Positions 8,116-18,619 of a DNA stretch of 26,896 nucleotides are shown here, piece by piece. Made by a program: the position numbers and the translations under genes. Under the pieces are notes generated by a model. The model did not search any database. It was given only the letters and a program-made list of their open reading frames with translations, and had not been told where the DNA came from. Position 1 is the first letter of the stretch; the number at the start of each line of letters is the position of its first letter. The DNA is from Polyangium jinanense (GTDB taxonomy: Bacteria; Myxococcota_A; Polyangia; Polyangiales; Polyangiaceae), in NCBI RefSeq assembly GCF_028435265.1, contig NZ_JAGTJK010000012.1, forward strand, positions 230,900 to 257,795, read 5' to 3'.

Positions 8116-9216
8116 CTACCGAACGACGCGGTACGCCTGCGTCCAGGCCATCTTCCCGTCCGGAAGCGCGACACGCGCGCGCACCCACGTCTCGTCGCCG
8201 CGGAGCTCGTACGTCGCGTCGCCCTCGGGGCCTCGTCCCACCTTCGCGAGCTCTTTCCCGCCGGCGCCGATGAACACCACGACCGCGCCTTCTTCTTTCG
8301 GCCACACGCTCAGTTTCGTCTCCGTCACGCGGATTCGCGTGAGCGTCACGCCGGACGACGAGTAGAGCCGCCCCTTCGCGAGCCCCTCGCAGATGAGCGC
8401 TCGATCGGGCTTCTCCGCGAACACCTGGACCCAACCTTTCCCCGGCCGGGCCGGCTTCACGTCCGGCTTCGTCAGGCCGAGGTGATGCGCGTCGTCGACC
8501 GCCACGCCCCCGATCGACCAACCCTCGTCGAGCAGCGTGTTCCACACGGCCTCGTGGGACGGCCGCTCCGCGTTGCCCTCCGTGTTCACGTACGGGTGGC
8601 CGCTCCAGATCTCGAGGAGCTCCGCGCCGCGCGTCACGCGCACGTCGTCCAGCGTGAGCGCCCAGTCGAAGTTCGGGTGGTTCACGAGCGCGACGCCGCC
8701 CTGCTCGTGCACGCGATTGAGCCCGTGCAAGAGCGCATCGCGCTTCGCGTTGAACCGGCCTCCGCCGATCGTCTTTTTCGTGCAGAGGCCGTTGATGTGG
8801 ACGGGTTTGCCCTCGGCCCACATCGTCACCTCTTCGCCCGCGATGATCACGAAGCCCTTGCGCTCGAGCGCGGCGAACGTCTCGGGGCTGACGCGGTTGT
8901 CGTGATCGGTGAGCGCGAGGAACGCGTAGCCGTGGCTGCGATACCAGGTGTAGACGTCCTTCGGAGAACGATCGCCGTCGCTCCACTGGCTGTGCGTGTG
9001 GAGGTTGCCGCGCTGGAACGTGGTGACGTCGAGGGTCTCGGCGAACTTCGGCGGGCTGAGCTTGGGCGGGTCGATCTTGATGTTCAGCGTGAGCGGCGCC
9101 GCGATGGCCGTGGGCTCGGGAGGGACGCGCGTGAACGCGACGGCCGCCGCCACGCCGATCGTGACGACCCCCACGCCGAGCGCGATCCAGCGAAACTTGC
9201 CCGTCTTCGACCGCAT
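8116..9216 (-). CDS. PHP-domain metal-dependent phosphoesterase (CehA/McbA-like) with an N-terminal signal anchor
   Basis: PHP motif GNLHTHSQWSDGD near the N-terminus, then DHD and HH metal-ligand patches. N-terminal hydrophobic segment: FRWIALGVGVVTIGVAAAVAF. AAGGAAAGG lies 5-6 nt upstream of ATG 9216. Confidence 0.8.
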   Translation of the reverse strand: MRSKTGKFRWIALGVGVVTIGVAAAVAFTRVPPEPTAIAAPLTLNIKIDPPKLSPPKFAETLDVTTFQRGNLHTHSQWSDGDRSPKDVYTWYRSHGYAFLALTDHDNRVSPETFAALERKGFVIIAGEEVTMWAEGKPVHINGLCTKKTIGGGRFNAKRDALLHGLNRVHEQGGVALVNHPNFDWALTLDDVRVTRGAELLEIWSGHPYVNTEGNAERPSHEAVWNTLLDEGWSIGGVAVDDAHHLGLTKPDVKPARPGKGWVQVFAEKPDRALICEGLAKGRLYSSSGVTLTRIRVTETKLSVWPKEEGAVVVFIGAGGKELAKVGRGPEGDATYELRGDETWVRARVALPDGKMAWTQAYRVVR

Positions 9217-9285
9217 CGGCCTTTCCTTGCCCGCGAGGATAGCTCCATACGCCGCGCGGGCGGAAGCGCCCCGCGGCGCGCCCGC

Positions 9286-9819
9286 TCAATCGAGGACGAG
9301 CCTGACCTTCACGGAGACATCGATCCCGTCCGTCGGCCACGCCAAAAAGTTCGGGTTCGTACGGCCGGTCCACTCGACGCGGACCTTCTTGCCGTCCTCG
9401 AAGAAGGGACGAATGTCGCCGTCGTGCAGCACGTCGAGGATCACGTCGGGCTCCTTCGCGGGGAACTCCGACTTCGAGACGAGCGGCGTGCGCCCCGTCG
9501 ACGTCACCGCCTCGCCGAGGATCTCGTCGACGAACGTGATGTCCTCCGCGGGCGGCGCCACGGAGATACGCACGAACCCGAGCCGGGCCGCGCCGTACGA
9601 GTTGACGTCACTCTCCAAGGTGACCTCGTTCCACCAGAAGAACGACCCGTCGACCTTGGGAGTCACGGTGAAATTCGCGTCCACGTCGTACTCGCTTACG
9701 ACGGACGAACACCCGAACGTGCCCATGGCCATCGCAGCTCCGACGAGCAAAGCCCACCGCGCCCCGCGCCCCTCGCTGCCCACCCTGTGCCCCGCGCCTG
9801 ATTCGATGAAGCCATTCAT
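9286..9819 (-). CDS. Hypothetical secreted protein or lipoprotein, probably co-transcribed with the PHP gene
   Basis: From ATG 9819: MNGFIESGAGHRVGSEGRGARWALLVGAAMAMGTFGCSS. That is a signal-peptide-like segment ending in Cys. GC3 is high throughout. There is a 70-bp gap to the PHP gene on the same strand. The start is uncertain: the ORF-track start at 9948 would add 43 residues with no signal features. Confidence 0.55.
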   Translation of the reverse strand: MNGFIESGAGHRVGSEGRGARWALLVGAAMAMGTFGCSSVVSEYDVDANFTVTPKVDGSFFWWNEVTLESDVNSYGAARLGFVRISVAPPAEDITFVDEILGEAVTSTGRTPLVSKSEFPAKEPDVILDVLHDGDIRPFFEDGKKVRVEWTGRTNPNFLAWPTDGIDVSVKVRLVLD

Positions 9820-9971
9820 TCTGAAAAGGTAGCACGCCCGCGGCCTGGATCCCGCTCCGCGGGGCGCGCACCCAAGGGCGCACGAAACCGCGCGTCCAAG
9901 GGAACACCCTCGGCCGGGCAGCGCCTGGGGCGCCGCGGCCTGGGGCATTCAGACCGAAGGAGTCGTCGCGC

Positions 9972-10559
9972 ATGGCCACGATGCAGGAGGGCGCCCTCCT
10001 CTTTTCGTTGAAGTACCTCGCGCGCCTGGAAGAGGCGCGCGTTCGTCCGGAGAACGAGGCCGCAGGAAGGCTCGGACCCGAAGAGGCGGCGCGTCACGCG
10101 CGCGAGTCGTCCTCGATGCACGCTCGGATCGAGGCCGAGCGCCGCGCGCGCATGGACGCCGAGCGCCGCGCCGAAGAGGCGCGCATCGAGGCGATCCGCA
10201 TCGCCGCCGTCGAGCGCGCGCGCGCCGAGGCCGAGGCGAACGCGCGCCTCGAGGTGATGCGGATCGTGGAGGCGCACGAGCGCGCCCTCGCCGCGCTGAA
10301 GGAGGACAAACAGAACCAGCGCCTCGGCCGCGCTGTGCGCCTCGGCGCCCTCGGCTCGATGGTTCTCTTCGCCGCGGCCTTCGGCTTCTACTTCGGCAAG
10401 ATCAAGCCCGACGCCGAGGCCCAGCTCCGCGCCCAGCAGGCCGCGATCGCCGCGGCCGACGAGGAGGCGTCGCGGCTGCGCCAGAAGCTCGCCGAGCGCG
10501 ACGCGCGCATCAAGGAGGCCGAGCGCGTGCTCGGGGCGCTCGCCCGGCCCGCTCGCTAG
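9972..10559 (+). CDS. Hypothetical coiled-coil protein with a single TM segment
   Basis: GAAGGAG lies 11 nt upstream of ATG 9972. Charged, Ala/Arg/Glu-rich heptad-like stretches (IEAERRARMDAERRAEEARIEAIRIAAVERARAEAEANARLE) flank a central hydrophobic helix (LGALGSMVLFAAAFGFYFG). Confidence 0.65.
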   Translation: MATMQEGALLFSLKYLARLEEARVRPENEAAGRLGPEEAARHARESSSMHARIEAERRARMDAERRAEEARIEAIRIAAVERARAEAEANARLEVMRIVEAHERALAALKEDKQNQRLGRAVRLGALGSMVLFAAAFGFYFGKIKPDAEAQLRAQQAAIAAADEEASRLRQKLAERDARIKEAERVLGALARPAR

Positions 10560-11636
10560 CTAGATCGAATAATCCTGCACGAAGAGCTTCGCGTCGCGCA
10601 GGTTCACGAACACCTCTTCCCCCTCCGCGAGCCCGAGCTCGGCCACGCGATCCTTCGTGAGCTCCACCGTGAGCGGCTGATCGTCGTCGAGCTTGAGCTC
10701 GATCCGCACCATCCAGCCGACCCGCACGAGACGCTCCACGCGCGCCGTCGCCACCTCCACGCTGCTGCGCTGTTCCACGCGGCTCGTCACACCCACGAGC
10801 TCCACGTCGTGCGGCCGGACGAACGCGCGCACACTCGTCCCGTCCCCGGCGCCCGGCGGCGCGTGCACCGCGAGGCTCCCGAGCGCCGCGCGCCCGCCGC
10901 GCACCTCGCCTTCGAGCTCGTTGATCGACCCCACGAACCCCGCCACGAACGCCGTCGCAGGTCGATCGTAGATGTCCTCCGGCGTGCCGATCTGCTCCAC
11001 CTTGCCGCGGTTCATCACGATCACCCGATCGGCCACGCTGAGCGCCTCTTCCTGGTCGTGCGTGACGAACACCGTGGTGATCGCGCGCTCCTCGTGCAGA
11101 CGCCGCAGCCATTCGCGGAGCTCGAGCCGCACCTTCGCGTCGAGCGCGCCGAAGGGCTCGTCGAGCAGGAGCACGCTCGGCCCCGGCGCGAGCGCGCGGG
11201 CGAGCGCGACGCGCTGCCGTTGCCCGCCCGAGAGCTCGTGCGGGTACCTCTCGCCGAGCTCCGCGAGCCGCACCAGCGCGAGCAACTCGCTCACCACGCG
11301 ATCCACCTCCGCCCGCGACTTGCCCCGGATCTCGAGGCCGAACCCCACGTTCTCGCGCACCGTCATGTGCCGGAACAGCGCGTAGCTCTGGAACACGAAG
11401 CCGATGTTCCGCTCCTGCACCCGCACGTCCGTCACGTCGACGCCGCGCAGAAGCACGCGCCCTTCGTCGGGTGATTCGAGCCCCGCCAGGATCCGCAGCA
11501 CGGTCGTCTTGCCGCCGCCGCTCGGGCCGAGCAGCGCAACGAGCTCGCCCGCTCCGATCTCGAACGACACGGCGTCGACCGCCCGTCCGCTGCCGCCGGG
11601 GAAACGCTTCACGAGATCACGCGCCACGATACCCAC
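10560..11636 (-). CDS. cysA: Sulfate/thiosulfate ABC transporter ATP-binding protein
   Basis: Walker [13 protein letters not shown] signature [15 protein letters not shown], Walker [12 protein letters not shown] and the H-loop VTHD. A C-terminal TOBE-like domain is present. Operon order T-W-A matches cys transporters. Confidence 0.9.
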   Translation of the reverse strand: MGIVARDLVKRFPGGSGRAVDAVSFEIGAGELVALLGPSGGGKTTVLRILAGLESPDEGRVLLRGVDVTDVRVQERNIGFVFQSYALFRHMTVRENVGFGLEIRGKSRAEVDRVVSELLALVRLAELGERYPHELSGGQRQRVALARALAPGPSVLLLDEPFGALDAKVRLELREWLRRLHEERAITTVFVTHDQEEALSVADRVIVMNRGKVEQIGTPEDIYDRPATAFVAGFVGSINELEGEVRGGRAALGSLAVHAPPGAGDGTSVRAFVRPHDVELVGVTSRVEQRSSVEVATARVERLVRVGWMVRIELKLDDDQPLTVELTKDRVAELGLAEGEEVFVNLRDAKLFVQDYSI

Positions 11637-11642
11637 GAGCGC

Positions 11643-12479
11643 CTACCCTCCCGCCTTCGCGCGCGAGCCGCGCTTCTTTCGCACCATGTCGAGCAGCAAG
11701 AGAAGCCCGATCGACGCGAGCGCGAGCACCGTTGCCACCACGTACGCGCCGCGATCGTCCCGATCTTCGAGCGCCCGGTACACGAACACCGTCGCGGTCT
11801 CCGTCTGCCCCGCGACGCCGCCTGAAACGAGAAGCACCGCGCCGAACTCGCCGATCGCGCGCGCCATCGTCAGCGTCGCGCCGTACGCGAGCCCCCATCG
11901 AATTCCCGGAAGTGTGACCCGAACGAACGTGACGAACGGCGAGGCCCCGAGCGTGTACGCGGCGAGCTCCTGATCCGTGCCCATCTCTTCGAGCACGGGC
12001 CCGACCTCGCGCACCACGAACGGAAGCGTCACGAACGCCGTCGCCATCGCCATCGCCGGCCAGGCGAACGCGACCTCCACGCCGAGCGCATCCGTGATCG
12101 GCCGCAGCAGCCCGCCCTTGCCGAAGAGCGAGAGCAAGACGACGCCCACCGCGACCGGCGAGAGCGCGAACGGCACGTCGACGAGCGCGTTCAGGAGACG
12201 CTTTCCCACGAACCGATCCCGCACGAGAACGAACGCGAGCGCCGTGCCGAGGGTGCCATTCACCACGACCGCGAAAGCCGTGAGCTTGGCCGTCATCACG
12301 AGCGCCGAGAGCACGTCGGGCCGCGCCAGCACCTCGGCGAACGGCCGCAGTCCGCCGCCCAGCGCGCCGCGCAGGAGCGAGGCGACCGGCACGAGCACGA
12401 GCGCGCCCACGTAGAGCACGGCCGCTCCGATCAGGAGGGCACGCACGCGCCTCCGTCCGCCGCCCGCTCGCTCAGCCAT
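11643..12479 (-). CDS. cysW: Sulfate ABC transporter permease
   Basis: About six TM helices and the EAA-type permease loop (LGASPFVTFVRVTLPGIRWGLAYGATLTMARAIGEFGAVLLVSG). It overlaps cysT by 8 nt. Confidence 0.88.
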   Translation of the reverse strand: MAERAGGGRRRVRALLIGAAVLYVGALVLVPVASLLRGALGGGLRPFAEVLARPDVLSALVMTAKLTAFAVVVNGTLGTALAFVLVRDRFVGKRLLNALVDVPFALSPVAVGVVLLSLFGKGGLLRPITDALGVEVAFAWPAMAMATAFVTLPFVVREVGPVLEEMGTDQELAAYTLGASPFVTFVRVTLPGIRWGLAYGATLTMARAIGEFGAVLLVSGGVAGQTETATVFVYRALEDRDDRGAYVVATVLALASIGLLLLLDMVRKKRGSRAKAGG

Positions 12480-13401
12480 GCGCGCCCCGCTGCCGCGCCG
12501 AGACCACGAGCACCACGCAGAACGAGATCGTCACGAGCACGAGCGACATCGCGCTCGCCGCGTGCACGTCGCCAGACTCCACCTCCCCGAACACGTGCAC
12601 GGCCGCGGTCAGCGTACGCCGCGGGATGTTACCGGCCACCACGACCACCGACCCGAACTCGCCGAGGGCCCGCGCGAAGCTCTGCAGCGCGCCCGAGACG
12701 ATGGCCGGCGCGATCGCGGGCAGCGTCACCCGCCGGAACGTCGTCCACTCACTCGCGCCGAGCGTGAACGCGGCCTCCTCGTCGGCCCCGTCGAGCTCCA
12801 TCAGCACAGGCTGGACGGTGCGCACCACGAGCGGGAGCGTCACGAAGAGCAGCGAAAGGATGATCGCCGGCGGCGCGTACACGACGCGCAGGCCCGCCGC
12901 CTCGAAGAGCTGCCCCAGCGCGGCGTGGGGCCCGAGCAGCGTGACGATCATCATCCCCGTCACGAGCGTGGGGATGGCGAAGGGCAGATCGATGAGGACG
13001 TCGAGCAGCTTGCGCCCGGGGAACTGGTAGCGGACGAGCACGTACGCGATGAGCGTGCCCATCACCGCGTTCACGGCGGCCATCACGAGCGCCGTCTCCA
13101 GCGTCAGGAGGACGGCCCCGCGCGCGACCGGGTGGAGGAGCGCCCGCCCGAGCTCGGTGAGGCCCTTCGAGAGCCCCTCCCGCGCGAGCGTGGCGACCGG
13201 CAGCGCCACCATGAGCAGGAGGTAGGTCCCCGCCGCCACGCGCAGACCGAGCTTGCCGAGGGGCTGTCTTCGCGCCCTCGACCGGCCCGTCGACCGCGCT
13301 CCGGACAGCTCTACCGTCGTGCTCAAGCGAGCGTGAGGATGGCGCGCCGCGGAGCTCCTTCGCAACGGCGATGTGAAAGTTGCATCGGAAAGCTGTGACA
13401 A
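12472..13401 (-). CDS. cysT: Sulfate ABC transporter permease
   Basis: Strong similarity in pattern to E. coli CysT/CysU: VRYQFPGRKLLDVLIDLPFAIPT, VVRTVQPVLMELDGADEEAAFTLGASEWTTFRRVTLP and ARALGEFGSVVVVAGNI. The N-terminus is about 45 residues longer than typical CysT, so the true start may be downstream of 13401. Confidence 0.85.
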   Translation of the reverse strand: MSQLSDATFTSPLRRSSAARHPHARLSTTVELSGARSTGRSRARRQPLGKLGLRVAAGTYLLLMVALPVATLAREGLSKGLTELGRALLHPVARGAVLLTLETALVMAAVNAVMGTLIAYVLVRYQFPGRKLLDVLIDLPFAIPTLVTGMMIVTLLGPHAALGQLFEAAGLRVVYAPPAIILSLLFVTLPLVVRTVQPVLMELDGADEEAAFTLGASEWTTFRRVTLPAIAPAIVSGALQSFARALGEFGSVVVVAGNIPRRTLTAAVHVFGEVESGDVHAASAMSLVLVTISFCVVLVVSARQRGAHG

Positions 13402-13707
13402 TGTCCGTGGTGGTCACGCGCACGGGGGTTCATCGCTCGGTTCGGGCTGCCCACGTTCCTGCCGGGAGCTTGCAAATGAGGCCGTGATCTGCAGTCGATC
13501 CGTGGGGGAGGTCTCCAGGGTTGCGGCGGCACGGCGATTCTGGTAACCACCTCGAACGTGATCGGTGCGAATGAGTGGGAACCCATACGCCATTTCATCG
13601 CATCTACCGATCGCCCTTGCCCAGACCGAGGGACACGTGGACCCGACGTCGGGCGCTCATAGCGCGACGTTCCACGGCTTGACGGAACGAGCGTAATCGC
13701 CCCCAAC

Positions 13708-13944
13708 ATGAGCCCGCCGGAAACCCTCTTCGACAAGGTGATTGCCGCCAGTGGTCTTTCGGAGGTGTTTGCCCGAGGTACCATCAAGCGCGCGTGCTCG
13801 CGTGTGGGGGTGACGGCGGAGACGATGAGCCCCTCGGAGCTCGCGCGGGCGCTCGGCTCGATCGAGCAAGCGCTTTCCGTTTTCCTGCCGCCGGATCAGA
13901 AGGATTCGCGCATGCAAGCCATCCGCGCGCTCTCGCGCGGCTGA
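13708..13944 (+). CDS. Small hypothetical protein (78 aa)
   Basis: An ATG-to-TGA ORF with high GC3 in a region with no competing gene. There is no clear SD and no recognisable domain. Confidence 0.3.
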   Translation: MSPPETLFDKVIAASGLSEVFARGTIKRACSRVGVTAETMSPSELARALGSIEQALSVFLPPDQKDSRMQAIRALSRG

Positions 13945-13949
13945 ACGCC

Positions 13950-14393
13950 TCAAGCCGCAGGCTTGCGCAGCGTCATCACGGGGATCTTCGCGCGGCGCAG
14001 CACGGCGGTCGCCACGCTGCCGAGCAGCGCGCGTCCGATCGCACCGCGGCCGTGCGTGCCCATCACGATGAGATCGGCCGAGATTTCGGCCGCGACCTTG
14101 CAAATTTCGTCGGCCGAACGGCCCTCGCGCAGCACGCCGTCGAGCCGGACGCCGCGGCCCCGGTGCGCCTCCAGGACAGCGTCGAGCTTGCGCTGCGCGC
14201 CCTGCCGCACAGCCTCGGCGAGCTCGGAGAGGGGGAGGTAGGAGCCGTCGGGGAAGGTGTAGACGATCAGGCTGTAGACGTGCACGGCGGTGACCGCGGC
14301 GCCGAGCTTCGCGGCGAGCTCGATCGCACGTTCGAGCGCGTAGGCCGAGGTCTCTTCGAAGTCGATCGGCACGACGATCTTCTGGAACGGCAT
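13950..14393 (-). CDS. Universal stress protein (UspA family)
   Basis: MPFQKIVVPIDFEETSAYALERAIELA ... LIVMGTHGRGAIGRALLGSVATAVLRRAKIPVMTL. This is the classic UspA fold, including the ATP-binding G-x2-G-x9-G(S/T) region. AAGGAG lies 6 nt upstream of ATG 14393. I rejected the upstream ORF-track extension to 14546. Confidence 0.88.
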   Translation of the reverse strand: MPFQKIVVPIDFEETSAYALERAIELAAKLGAAVTAVHVYSLIVYTFPDGSYLPLSELAEAVRQGAQRKLDAVLEAHRGRGVRLDGVLREGRSADEICKVAAEISADLIVMGTHGRGAIGRALLGSVATAVLRRAKIPVMTLRKPAA

Positions 14394-14799
14394 GATTGCT
14401 CCTTGATGCGTCGATCCCGGATCGGTAAGCCTCGCGGCGTCATCGTTGGTGTTCCCAGTCTGCTCGCTCGCGAAGCTTTCCCAGCTGAAACGAGGTTTCT
14501 CGGCGGGCGTGAGCGGACACGAACTACCCTGGACGGACGCGGCCACTGCAGGGAATCGGCTAGGGAAACCGGCGTTTCCCGCGTCGCGATAGTTGCTTGC
14601 GCGTTGGGGAGCGGGGCGTTAGCCTCATGATCGCCCTAGGCCCGTTCGTCGTCGAACTCTGACAGCCCGCTTTGCTCGCGGTCGCTCGATCTGTATCGGC
14701 TGACGGTCGCTCGTCTGTGTGGTCTCGAAGCGATCCGATGCACGGCCCGGGTCGCATCCGGGGAAGGTCAGGAGAGGTCGTGCATCGGGTGGTCTGAGG

Positions 14800-15258
14800 A
14801 TGAGCAAGCGACTGTACGTGGGCAATTTGGCCTTCCACTCCACTGAGGAGAGCGTCCGCAGCGCTTTCCAGCAAGCCGGTGTGGAGGTCGTCGGTGTCCA
14901 GGTCATGACCGATCGGGTGACGGGGCAATCGCGCGGGTTCGGTTTCGTGGACGTGGCGGGCGACAAGGAAGCGCAGGCGGCCATCGACGCGCTTCATGGC
15001 AAGAGCCTGGACGGGCGCACCCTGACCGTGAACGAGGCGCGTGAGCGCACGCCGGGCGGCGGCGGCGGCGGTGGTGGCTTCCGCGGCGGTGGCGGCGGCA
15101 TGGGCGGCGGCGGCGGCGGCGGCTACGGCGGCGGCGGTGGTGGCGGCGGCGGTCGCGGCGGTGGCGGCGGCGGTCGTGGCGGCGACCGGCGCGGCGGTCG
15201 TGGCGGCGGCGGCGGCCGGGATCGTGGCGGTCGCGGCGATCGCGGCGATCGCTGGTAA
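14800..15258 (+). CDS. RNA-binding protein with one RRM domain and a C-terminal Gly/Arg-rich (RGG) tail
   Basis: RNP-2 motif LYVGNL and RNP-1 motif RGFGFVDV at canonical spacing. The C-terminal GGGGGGFRGGGGGMGGGGGGGYGGGGGGGGGRGGGGGGRGGDRRGGRGG is encoded by a GGC-rich tract (15058-15235). ATG 14800 is in frame. GAGGA sits immediately upstream, unusually close. Confidence 0.85.
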   Translation: MSKRLYVGNLAFHSTEESVRSAFQQAGVEVVGVQVMTDRVTGQSRGFGFVDVAGDKEAQAAIDALHGKSLDGRTLTVNEARERTPGGGGGGGGFRGGGGGMGGGGGGGYGGGGGGGGGRGGGGGGRGGDRRGGRGGGGGRDRGGRGDRGDRW

Positions 15259-15294
15259 GGCGTGAGGGCCCGGCGAGAGCCGGCCCGAAAGAAA

Positions 15295-15334
15295 GCGCCC
15301 CGGAGCCGAGGCTTCGGGGCGCTTCTGTTTTGTG
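15295..15334. terminator. Bidirectional intrinsic terminator between the convergent RRM gene and enolase
   Basis: Stem GCGCCCCG (15295-15302) pairs with CGGGGCGC (15315-15322). It can extend to a 13-bp stem with one G-U pair and a GAG loop. TTCTGTTTTGTG follows on the plus strand, and T-rich CTTTCTTTCGGGCC follows on the minus-strand side. Confidence 0.75.
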
Positions 15335-15341
15335 CGCGTGC

Positions 15342-17372
<2,031 letters not shown>

Positions 17373-17373
<1 letters not shown>

Positions 17374-18461
17374 TGGCGAACGAGATCGGCCCGTTCACGC
17401 AAGAGATCGACGCGCTACTCGCGGCGATCGCGCAGAAGCACCCGAGCAAGAAGCCGCCCTACCAGGTGCCGATCTACCTCGTCGTCGGCGAGCCGGGGAC
17501 GGGGCGATCGACGGCGATCCGCTCGCAGTTCCTCACGTGGTCCGGCGGTGACGGCCCCTTGCCGCCCGCGTCGTCGACGCCGTTCTGCACGTACTGGATG
17601 GCCGACGAGTGCGCGTTCATCGAGCCCGAAGGTCACGTGATGGGCCCACGCCGCGATCCGGCGTTGCTGCAGGCGCTCTGCGAGGAGCTCTTGCGCAAGC
17701 GGCCGCGCGAGCCGCTCGACGCGCTCATCCTCGTGCTCAACGTCGCGGCCTTCGCCGACCTCGACGAGGCGGGCGTGCAGGCGTACGCGAAGAACTACCG
17801 CGACGTGCTCGTCGAGATCGGTCGGCACCTCGGCGGTGACGTGCCCACGTACGTCATCCTCACCCGCTTCGACACGGTCTGGGGATTCGCCGACGTGTTC
17901 CAGTGGACGCCCGAGCGCAAGCGCGAGGATCCGTGGGGATTCACGCTGCACCAGGAGGTGGCGCCGCAGGACGCGCTGCCGAAGATCCGCGAGGAGATCG
18001 ACGGGCTCGCCGCGCGCTTCGAGATGTTCTGCTTCGCCAAGCTCTCGGGCGAGGAACACGTCGACACGCGCATCCGCGCTTATCAGCATCTCGTGGAGGT
18101 GCGCGAGCTACTCGACCGACTGCGCATCCTCTTCGGCGTGCTCGCGATGCCGAACGCGTACGAGCGTGTGCCCTGGTTCCGCGCGCTCGCCATCGGCAGC
18201 GCGGTGCCCGGCGTCGGCGATCGGCAACGCGCGGGCGTGGCGAGGTTTCAGAGCATGGGCCTCTACCCGGCCTCGATGCCCCAGGGCATGCGGCCGGGCG
18301 GGCTGCCGATCCACGCGCTCGTCAAGACGGTCACGTTGCCCGAGAAGGAGCTCGTGCCCCTGCGTGTGCGCTGGCGCGACGACCTCGCGACGTTGATCCT
18401 CGCCGGCTCCGCGCTGCTCGTGTGGATCGCCGCGATCATCGTCGCGGGCGTGAACCGCTAG
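17373..18461 (+). CDS. Tail-anchored P-loop NTPase resembling the cytoplasmic NTPase domain of TssM/IcmF, with a degenerate Walker A (K replaced by R)
   Basis: PPYQVPIYLVVGEPGTGRSTAIRSQ resembles the TssM pattern (PWYLV-G-pGsGKTtll). The Walker A lysine codon is CGA (Arg) at 17505-17507. No clean Walker B is seen. There is a single C-terminal TM helix (LILAGSALLVWIAAIIVAGV), with only 4 residues after it, so there is no periplasmic domain. ATG 17373 overlaps the DotU stop (TGATG). Confidence 0.7.
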
Positions 18462-18619
18462 AACATCGATCGGTTTGCAACCGCTCGATGTTCTAGCTCT
18501 CTTGTCCCGAGGGGGACGCCTCGCGTCCCCCTCTCGTCCGGGCAAAGCCCGGCCGATTCACCCCCCGAGGGAAGATCGCTTCGCGATCTTCCGAGCATCG
18601 AACCGGTCGATGCTCTAGC
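18457..18619. other. Cluster of five consecutive stem-loops filling the convergent intergenic gap. Candidate functions are bidirectional termination, a REP-like element or a structured RNA.
   Basis: Five perfect or near-perfect inverted repeats were read directly. HP1: gctagaacatcgatcgg / ccgctcgatgttctagc (18457-18497), a 17-bp stem with 1 mismatch. HP2: gagggggacgc-ctc-gcgtccccctc (18509-18533), an 11-bp stem. HP3: ccgggc-aaa-gcccgg (18538-18552). HP4: ggaagatcgc-ttc-gcgatcttcc (18570-18592), a 10-bp stem. HP5: gagcatcga-accgg-tcgatgctc (18593-18615). The HP1 left arm and the HP5 right arm are themselves near-reverse-complements, which gives the whole element approximate dyad symmetry. Confidence 0.6.

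Noticed and set aside
13402-13707. Possible tRNA or riboswitch in the cysT leader
   Set aside because: There is no cloverleaf-compatible arrangement: no GTTCRANYC T-loop with matching acceptor stems. I know of no sulfate-responsive riboswitch class whose consensus I can match by eye. It is left as an unstructured leader, with only a weak mention in the findings.
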